A stretch of DNA of 64,000 bases from Vicugna vicugna (taxonomy: Eukaryota): NCBI GenBank assembly GCA_013265495.1, contig MU057887.1, forward strand, positions 1,127,985-1,191,984, given 5' to 3'. Within the stretch, counting starts at the first letter, position 1. Each line of letters opens with the position of its first letter. Position numbers and translations under genes: made by a program. The notes under the pieces were generated by a model, which was not told where the DNA came from, did not search any database, and saw only the letters and a program-made list of their open reading frames with translations. Shown piece after piece: positions 56,244 through 64,000 of this stretch.

Positions 56244-58678
56244 TAAAGAAAGAAATCAAAGAAGAAATTAGAAAATATTTTAACTGAATGAAAATAAAAA
56301 TAACATAGAAATCTGTGGGATCTGCTCTAGCAGTACTTAGATGGAAATTCGTAACACAAAACACCTATATTAGAAAAGAAGAAGGGATTCAAATCAATAA
56401 CCTTAAGAAACTAGAAAAAGAAGAGCAAGTTAAACTCAGTGTAACCAGAAGAAAGGAAATAATGAAGATCAGAGTGAAATCAAGGAATAGAAAACCAAAC
56501 ACAACAGAGAAAAATCAATGGAACACAAAGCTGGTTCTTTAGAAGATAAATAAAATTGATAAGCCTCTAGCCCGGCTCATCCGGAAAAAGAAGAGAAGAC
56601 ACAAACGAGCAGTATCTGGAATGAGAGAGGTGACATCACTACAGATTGTACAGATAGCGAAAGGATAACAGGAAAATACGATGAACGCCCTGCCAATAAA
56701 TTTGGCAACTCAGATAGGAGGGATAAGTTACTTGAAATATACAAATCTCTAAAGCTGAGTTAAAGAAGTACTAGATTACCTAGCTGTGTGTCTGTTAAAT
56801 AGAGTTTATAGTTAAAAATCTTTCCACAAAGGAATCTCAGGCTCAGATGGCTTCACTGATAGATTCTACCAAATATCTAAATAATACTCGTTCTGCACAA
56901 AATCTTCCCCAAAATTGAAGAGGTGGGAGTACTTTGCAATTCATTCTAGAAGGCAAGCATTAATCTGATGTCAGACCTAGGTAAAGGCATCACAAGTAGC
57001 GAAAACTATACACCAACATCCCTTGTGAACATAGATGCAAAAGTTCGAACCTGCAGTTTAGGACATGGGATCAATGAGGTATAATAAGAATGTTACAGCA
57101 GAGCCAGATGTTCAGCCCAGGAATGTGAGGGTGGTTTAATAGTCAAAAATTAATGTAATTTGCCAAATTAGCAGAATGAAGAAGAAAACCTCTTATGATC
57201 GTTTCAGTAGATACCCAAAAAGCATTTGATAAAATTCCATATTTGTTACTAACAAAAATCACTGGTTTCTACAAAGGTACAAAGGCAATTCAGTGGTGAA
57301 AGGCTGATCTTTTCAACAAATGGTGCAGCACCACTGGTTCTCCACATGCCCCAAATGAGCTTCGATCCATATACTCACACCATATACTCAAAAATTAACC
57401 CAAACAGACCACAGATCTAAATGTAAAGTCTAAACTATAAAATCTTCTAGAAGAAAATACAGGAAAAAAACTTTCTAACCTTGGGCTAGGGAAAGATTTC
57501 ATGGACATGACACCAATAGCAGAATGTACAAAAGGGAAAAAAATGATGAGTTGGACTATGCCAAAATGAAAACTTCTGCTCTTCAAAAGACAGTTTTGGG
57601 AAAATGAAAGTGCAGATTATAGACTGAGAAGAAATCTTTGTAAAGTGTAAGTCTGATAAAGGATTCATATCCAGAAAGAAACTCAGAAAATTCATCTGCA
57701 AGAAAATAACCCAGTTTTTAAAATGGGCAAGAGATTGGAACTGGCGCTTTACCAGAGAAGATCCGTGGATAGCCAGCCAGCATGTGGAACCTGTTCAGCA
57801 TCATGTCTTCAGGGCAGTGCGAATAAGCCCTCAGCCCCCATCCTAGCATGTCCCAGCTTTCACGGGGGTGGTGCGATACCACTCACGTACCCGTTAGAAT
57901 GGCTCAAAGTAAGAGACCGACCATACCAAACATGGCCCCATGATGTGGAGGGCGGGAGTGGAACACTCATACACTGCTGGTTCGAATGGAAGACAAGTAA
58001 ACACTTTGGAAAATAGGTTGGTTGGTCATGTCTTGAAAGGTGAAACACCAGCATTTAATCCAGCACCCCACGCCCCGGTGCTTAGCCACGGGAAAAGAAA
58101 GCGTGTGTCCATTGCAGAGACCGGCCCATGGGTGTTTATAGCTGCTTTATCTGCAGTAGCCCAAACTTAGAAGCGATCCAGATGTTCATCCAGAGGTGAA
58201 TTGAGTATTACTTTGCAATAAGGAGGAATGAACTGTTGATATGGGCAGCAGCATGGATGAATCTCAAATAATTCTGCTGAGTGAAAGCAGCCAGACGAAA
58301 TGAGTATATACTGCATGATTCTGTTCATAGAGAACTCTAGAAGATGCAAACTAACGTGTAGTGACAGAGAGCAGATACGTAGAGACGGGGGCCAGGCTGG
58401 GCAGGAGGAGATTGCAGACGAGCAGGAGGAAGCTTTGTGGGGTGATGGATATGTTCACTGTCCTGATGGTGATGGTGGCTTCACAGGTGTAAACATATGT
58501 CAAAACTTGTCAAGTTGAAAACTTTAGATACAGATTATTGTATGCCAATTCTACGTCAAGAGAGTGGGCTTAAAACAAAAGAAGACAAAATGATTCTCTC
58601 ATAACTGGCACTAGAACTGTAGCCTTGGCTCTGAGGTCTTTATCTAAGATTCAAGTGGCCCAATGTGAAGACACTTAC

Positions 58679-58805
58679 AAAAATGACTCCACTAGTGGAA
58701 TGAGTAGACAATTCTCCACTCAATGTGCAAACATTTAGGAGCTTGAGTACTGGGAATTCCAGGAATCCTCCACATTTCATTTTGCCATTGGTTTAAACCT
58801 CCAGT
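58679..58805 (-). pseudogene. 127-nt exon relic (phase 2 to 0)
   Basis: Acceptor TTTCTTTTTAAAATGAAG, donor TTT|GTAAGT. Reads LEV*TNGKMKCGGFLEFPVLKLLNVCTLSGELSTHSTSGVIF. Confidence 0.62.
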
Positions 58806-58899
58806 CTTCATTTTAAAAAGAAATTAGGACAATACTGGTTTGGTTTTTTTTTTCCCCCGATCTCTAAACTTTAGTATAGAGACTCTAGCTAAGAATTAC

Positions 58900-58995
58900 G
58901 TTCACACAACAGAGCATCTGCTCTTAACGCAGATGAACTGGGAAGGGAAAACAACTTGCAGGTAATTCAGAAACAGATTATCAAATCTCCGAATC
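58900..58995 (-). pseudogene. 96-nt exon relic (phase 2 to 2)
   Basis: Acceptor CTATTAG, donor AAC|GTAATT, then a 94-nt intron to the next exon. Reads IRRFDNLFLNYLQVVFPSQFICVKSRCSVV*. Confidence 0.62.
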
Positions 58996-59398
58996 CTAAT
59001 AGTTGAGCTGTGACACGTTAGCACTGGGAGGTGCAGTGCAGTAAATTATACTGAGGATTATAGCATGGTGGTTTAGCGGCAAGGACCAGAGGCTGGCTGG
59101 CTGGGTTCAAACCCAGCTCCACTGCTTCTTTGACCCTGAGCACATGGCCGTCACCACCGTGTGCTTCAGTTTCCTTCTCTGTAGACATATTAACAGTGCC
59201 TCCCTCATGGGCTTGGCATGTAATAAGGACTCAGGAAGTGTTATCCGCCATCACCCACAGCAACAGAATCTCTCATTTAGGGCAGTGTCTTGTCTCAATG
59301 GTGGCCAATGGTGACAAGGCCCCAAAGTTGGCCCATGAAAGCGTATAAACCCATAACAACATGATGCAGATGAAGTGCAGGCTATTTTCAACACTCAC

Positions 59399-59444
59399 TG
59401 CCGTCAGATGTCTAGAAAAGGTGCCTGAGTTGAACTGCACGACT
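59399..59444 (-). pseudogene. 46-nt exon relic (phase 1 to 2), acceptor apparently mutated
   Basis: Donor GCA|GTGAGT. Acceptor GTGTCTTTATGG (AG>GG inferred). Reads ESCSSTQAPFLDI*RQ. Confidence 0.45.
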
Positions 59445-59499
59445 CCATAAAGACACACGCTGGCTGGTAGTTACCCCCAGTACGAGGGAAGTACCAGGT

Positions 59500-60215
59500 G
59501 TTACGGGAGGGGGAGATTCTAGAGTCTCAGAGACAGTCACTCCACTGCAAGGATAAACAGGAACTTCCCCGCTCCCCACACGCTGGGTGGCTCATCTGCA
59601 CGTGGACTCCGTGGGAGTCACCTTCCCTCCCGCTGGGACGGTGCCGACCCGCAGTCTTTTGCTCCCGGTGCCGCTGCTGAGGGACGGCAAAGCTTTCCGG
59701 TAGCTGACGTTTGCCACGTGACGTCTTTGCTCCCTCTGAAAACTCGCAGGGTCTGGGAGGCTGCCCTCTTTGTCCGGAGCGTTCTGGGTTTCCCAGGGGC
59801 CTGCCTTGGCGCGGGTGCGTAGCCATCCGTTCTGTCGGGCCCCTGGGAATCGACGGCCTCCGTCTCTGAGGCCCGTCCTTGAGCTCGCTCGTGGATAACT
59901 TCCCCTGCGGTCGCCTCACCTCCCTCGCTCCAGGGTTTCTTCATCTGGGCGACTCTCGCCTCCCGGCCTGGTCCCCTCACTTTCTCCTCCGGCTTCTCCC
60001 GCGTCCGTCTCCGTCTTTCCACTTTTGCTTCTGGGAGGCTACGGCCTTTGCCCCCGAACACTTCCCGCACGCTTGTGGTCGTGTCCAGAGGGGCTTCTGG
60101 TCTCAGGATGCTCCTTTTCACTGCAAATTCTTCTCCTCTTTCTGAGGATATTAACGATGTTTCCCCTGGCTTTGTCGTTTTCTTCCTCCAGTGTATTGTT
60201 CCCTCTAAGCTGATT
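59500..60215 (-). mobile_element. HAL1/L1-ORF1-like remnant, strongly GC/CpG-shifted
   Basis: Minus-strand AATATCCTCAGAAAGAGGAGAAGA, CTCCCAGAAGCAAAAGTGGAAAGACGGAGACGG and ACCCGCGCCAAGGCA...CAGAACGCTCCGGACAAAGAG are collinear with the recalled HAL1 ORF1 consensus. Confidence 0.65.
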
Positions 60216-60380
60216 TTTATTAAAATTTTTTTCTTTAATTAAAAAATTTTTTAAATTTCATTTTTGAGGGGAGGGGTAATTAGGTTTGCGGTTTTTTTCT
60301 TTAATGGCAGTACCGGGGATTGAACCCAGGACCCTGTGCATGCTAAGCAGGCCTTCTGCCCCAGAGCTATAGCCGCCCCC
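60216..60380 (-). mobile_element. vic-1-type SINE
   Basis: GTACCGGGGATTGAACCCAGGACCCTGTGCATGCTAAGCAGG...GAGCTATAGCCGCCCCC with a T-rich tail. Confidence 0.92.
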
Positions 60381-60383
60381 TGA

Positions 60384-60754
60384 TTTGTCTGTTTGTCTGT
60401 TTGTCTGTTTGTCTGTTTGTCTGTTTGTCTGTTTGTCTGTTTGTCTGTTTGTCTGTTTGTCTGTTTGTCTGTTTGTCTGTTTGTCTGTTTGTCTGTTTGT
60501 CTGTTTGTCTGTTTGTCTGTTTGTCTGTTTGTCTGTTTGTCTGTTTGTCTGTTTGTCTGTTTGTCTGTTTGTCTGTTTGTCTGTTTGTCTGTTTGTCTGT
60601 TTGTCTGTTTGTCTGTTTGTCTGTTTGTCTGTTTGTCTGTTTGTCTGTTTGTCTGTTTGTCTGTTTGTCTGTTTGTCTGTTTGTCTGTTTGTCTGTTTGT
60701 CTGTTTGTCTGTTTGTCTGTTTGTCTGTTTGTCTGTTTGTCTGTTTGTCTGTTT
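60384..60754. repeat. Perfect octamer repeat (TTTGTCTG)~46
   Basis: 371 bp with no interruption, directly visible. Confidence 0.99.
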
Positions 60755-61714
60755 CTTTCGTGTTAGAGGCCTTCCTCAGAAGTCTGGTATTTTGGGGGGG
60801 TGTCTAGTTTTAAAGAGAGGAACTATAAAGCTGACTGAGGCTGTGGGCAGAGATGGAGATACTCATTTTAGACGTCCTTTCCGAGATCAGGCCGGGCAGG
60901 GAGGGATGGGCTCCTGATGGGCTGGTCATTGGTATCTTTAAGTCTCCCTTCTGAAGTGGAAGATATTTCCAGATATTTCAATCCTCTGCTTGGGGGAGGG
61001 AGGAGGGAGAGAGACCTCGAGCCCCCAGGGTTCCGGGAGGGAGAGGAGAGCAGGCTGGGGTGTCCGCGTTCCAAATGCACACTCGTGCTGAATCCCCTTT
61101 GCTGGTGGCACTCTGCCTCCGCCATGCCTGCTGGCCGCCCGGTGCGCATCCTGGTTCCCGGTTCCCAGCGGCTGCAGGAGCATCCAGTTCCTGTGTAGGC
61201 GGATGGGGGAGAGGATTAGGGCCGCTGCTCAGAGCTGCTGCCCGCCCTCCTGCTGTAGCCCCAGATGTGCCCCTGCCTGGCCGCCCGGTCCCCCAGTTCC
61301 TGAGTGCTTGGACTCTGCAAGATGAACCTCACGGTTCCTGCCGTTCCCAGAGTTGGTTTTGCATCTCTGCTCCGTCCTCTGCCTCCATCTCCTTTCCAGC
61401 CTCCAGCTGTTTCTGCCCTTGTCTCCCTGCCCCTGTCTCCCAGCCCCTCTCTCCTGCACGGATTTATACCTTTTGTTTTTAAAAGCTTTGCAAAGGGGAT
61501 GCAGAAAAAAGTGAAATTAAGTGCGTATGATTCACCACGCCATCTCAAAATCTTCCTCTCTTTTTATAGATAAGAAATGGAGGCTCAGGGACTTTGTAAA
61601 TTAGCTCATTGTTACACAACTCATACAAAGCGTTGACAGTTTCAACTGACTCCAGAACCTACACTTCCTAATCATGGGGCCAAGATTAAATTTTGAATTA
61701 AAAAGAAGGTTCTG

Positions 61715-62339
61715 TAGCAAGAAAGATACATGCACCCCAATGTTCACAGCAGCACTATTTACAACAGCCAAGATGTGGAAGCAACCTAAACACCCATCGA
61801 CAGATGATGGATAAAGAAGCTGTGGTATATTTATACAGTGGAATACTACTCGGTCATAAAAAAGAACAAAGTAATGCTATTTGCAGCAACATGGATAGAC
61901 CTAGAGATTATCATACTAAGTGAAATAAGTCAGACAGAGAAAGACAAACATCATATGATATCACTTATATGTGGAATCTAAAAAAATGACTTATATGTGG
62001 AATCTAAAAAAATGACTTATATGTGGAATCTAAGAAAATGAACTTATTTACAAAACAGAAAGAGACTCACAGGCATAGAAAACAAACGTAACGTTACCAG
62101 TGGGGGGAGGGTGGGAAGGGATAAACTGGGAGTTTGGGACTTGCAGATACAAACTCCTATATATAAAACAGATAAACAACATGATCCTACTGCGTAGCAC
62201 AGGGAACTATACTCAATATCATGTAGTAACTTCTGATGAAAACAAATATATATGCGTGTGTGTGTGTAACTGAATCACCACACTGCACACCAGAGATTAA
62301 CAACATTGTACATCAACTATGCATCCATTAAAAAAAAAA
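61715..62339 (+). mobile_element. Younger artiodactyl-type L1 3' end (ORF2 C-terminus, 3'UTR, A tail)
   Basis: AAAGATACATGCACCCCAATGTTCACAGCAGCACTATTTAC...GCAGCAACATGGATAGACCTAGAGATTATCATACTAAGTGAA..., with flanking G(G/T)GTTCTG-like duplication. Confidence 0.93.
61963..62040. repeat. 26-bp tandem triplication inside L1
   Basis: ACTTATATGTGGAATCTAAAAAAATG x3 (third copy has one mismatch). Confidence 0.95.
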
Positions 62340-62641
62340 GTGTTCTGCAAAGCTGAGCTTCTGCTTAATTTCTGAGTGTGGTGACTGGGTTTTTCCTGTG
62401 AAACCCTGCAGTCTCTCCGTCTGCAGTCCTCGGCACCTGTCTTCCGGGGCGATTACTGGTGAACGTGCTTTATCCTCCACTATTCCCCCAGCACTTGGGA
62501 ACTCCTTAAGAATAAGAGCTATGTCCTAGTCAGCTGTCTCCCCAAAATGCCTAATGCAGGCTGCACACAGACCAATAAAGCCAAGGAGAAACCGTCGGTT
62601 GGTGGCTATAGAAATGGGTGGTAATACTGTAGGTCAGTTAC

Positions 62642-63222
62642 CTAAATAGAGGTCCTGAAGAGGAGAGGTCTTTTCTTTCCCCGTCTCGCTATCCTCCTGG
62701 AGAAGGATGAAACCAGTGGGAACAGTACACTACTCCCCCAGGTTTGGCTTTTTCCTTTCCTGCGGCTCGTTGGCCGGAGAGCAAACGCACAGGATGGGGA
62801 TGGGTTGCATCCACTGGAAAAGCAGAAGGCAGAAAACCCTGAAGACCTGATACACGCGGGCGTGCTGAGCCTTAGCGTTATGTATGGAAGTGTCCATAGA
62901 CGGCTTTCACGCTGCGGGCAGTCGCGCCCCGTCAGCACAGCTGTTCTCCTGAGTGCGTCTGTGGAGGGGCCGGCTTCCCAGCCGGTGCTGTGGGCCGAGG
63001 GGCGCGGGAGGGCCTTTCCTCTCTCTTCAGAAGCGTCTGGAATTTGCCGTTTCTCATCATGTCGGGGACAGCGGGAGACCGCTTCGCGCTGAGTTCCCTC
63101 GCTTCGGAATTCTGTGTCGACCCTGTCGCGCTCTCCCATTGCTGCTCCTTGTCAGACTCTGAAGACAAGGGAGGGTGTTCAGGACGTGTCTGCTCTGGCC
63201 GAATCCATCCCTTCGATGTAAT
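62642..63222 (-). pseudogene. 581-nt CpG-rich exon relic
   Basis: Acceptor CCCCTTCCGTTTTCAG, donor TAG|GTAACT. Ends ...LLQEDSETGKEKTSPLQDLYL in phase 1, with internal stops and a frameshift. Confidence 0.55.
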
Positions 63223-63624
63223 CTGAAAACGGAAGGGGAACGTTGAAGGAGAAAGGCTGGAAAAGGGACACATTTCTCTATCAACTTTATCAAATTATAA
63301 AAACAAAATTAACCTCCGGGATAGAGAACTGCACCAGAATAATTCTCTTGGTTACGCTTGGTCTAGAGCAAATTTAGAATTCTGCTGAGTTGGCCCTTAG
63401 AAGTTAAAAATAAAGGGCAAGGGTCTTTGCTCTTTCCCTTAAAACTGGTACTGCTCTTTTTTCTGAGATGCTCTCCTGGGGAGAAATACATTCCTGGGCG
63501 GAATGCCATCGGTCAACATTCAGTCATCTGCTTCCTGTTGTCTCATTTTTTTTCAGTAACATGAAGTCCTTCGTAGTCTCAAACACATGTTCTTTGTACT
63601 CATAGAATCGAATATAAATGTTAC

Positions 63625-64000
63625 CTCCTTTTCCCTTCCCTTTGTGGTTCAGCTCGGTGCATCCAAGGGGGTGTTTTGTGCAGTACATTTGAATAAGGCT
63701 CGGTCTTCTCTCTGAGGATGTGACAGTCTGGGGAAGACCAGCCAGGCAGAGGGAAGGGCGTGATCGAAGCATCAAGGCAGCGGTGGGCGGGGGGAGTGGG
63801 GATTCTCAGAAGGAATGACGGGGGTGATCGGACACGTGCCCGGGGCTCCGCAGACGCTTGGGACGACCTGCACATGGATGCTGTTGACCCCGATTCAGCG
63901 TTGCTGGACTGCGCTGCGGCTCAGGTATCCAGGGTCACTCAGAGCCGCCTCGCCCTCTCCCCGAGGACAGGCCTGCTTCTGCCCTGGGTGCTGCTGCTGC
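63625..64000 (-). pseudogene. CpG-rich exon relic running off the window end
   Basis: Donor GAG|GTAACA at 63624, then a 402-nt AT-richer intron to the 63222 acceptor. No single frame is open throughout. Confidence 0.5.

Larger units (their letters stand above)
54388..58575 (+). mobile_element. Old L1 (L1MB/MC/MD-like), 5'UTR to 3' end with internal deletions
   Basis: 5'UTR-like start, ORF1 (GCAGAAGAAAAGATTAGTGAACTTGAAG), ORF2 endonuclease/RT remnants, and 3' end (GGGTGATGGATATGTTCACTGTCCTGATGGTGATGG). Confidence 0.9.
28551..64000 (+). other. PPARA: PPARA gene, 5' non-coding portion (exons 1-2 and long intron); CDS starts downstream of the window
   Basis: Exons 1 and 2 match the recalled human/mouse PPARA 5'UTR, and synteny with let-7a-3/let-7b agrees. 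No ATGGTGGACAC (MVDTES) start exon was found in the window. Confidence 0.88.
46393..64000 (-). pseudogene. Decayed multi-exon protein-coding gene of unknown identity, nested antisense in the PPARA intron (5' end beyond the window)
   Basis: Minus-strand exon relics at >64000-63625, 63222-62642, 59444-59399, 58995-58900, 58805-58679, 54239-53890, 53678-53541 joined to 47670-47604 (L1-split), and 46749-~46393. Splice sites are mostly canonical and intron phases chain 1-2-2-0 across the central exons. Scattered stops and frameshifts are present. Confidence 0.65.

Noticed and set aside
58679..58805. Faint resemblance of this exon, joined to phase 0 of the 46749 exon, to SAND or RAMA domains
   Set aside because: It needs exon skipping or frame mixing that conflicts with the better-supported exon chain, and the similarity is by eye only.
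60385..60917. ORFs of repeated SVCLFVCL
   Set aside because: Translation of the (TTTGTCTG)n microsatellite.
29850..64000. PPARA coding exons
   Set aside because: No MVDTES start exon, zinc-finger exons or ligand-binding-domain exons were found by eye or in the ORF track. They should lie downstream.

Overview
This is mammalian genomic DNA, most likely from a camelid, since it carries seven tRNA-Ala-derived vic-1-type SINEs. It is syntenic to human 22q13.31. Positions 1-2.2 kb hold the 3' end of the let-7a-3/let-7b host transcript, with both hairpins, a degenerate miR-4763-like segment and a poly(A) signal. About 25 kb of GC-rich intergenic DNA follows. The PPARA CpG-island promoter lies at ~27.5-29.7 kb, with non-coding exons 1 (28551-28610) and 2 (29767-29849). 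The rest is a long repeat-rich PPARA intron; the first PPARA coding exon is not in the window, and I find no supportable intact protein-coding CDS. The main unexpected result is on the minus strand of that intron (~46.4 kb to beyond 64 kb): a decayed multi-exon protein-coding gene of unknown identity. It has mostly canonical splice sites, chained intron phases, an 11-aa amphipathic repeat exon, an exon split by an L1 insertion and an open terminal exon with AATAAA. Other points are a seed-region substitution in let-7a-3p, old repeats rewritten towards GC/CpG, an L1 3' transduction and a perfect (TTTGTCTG)~46 tract. Repeat family names and human comparisons come from recalled consensus sequences, not database searches.
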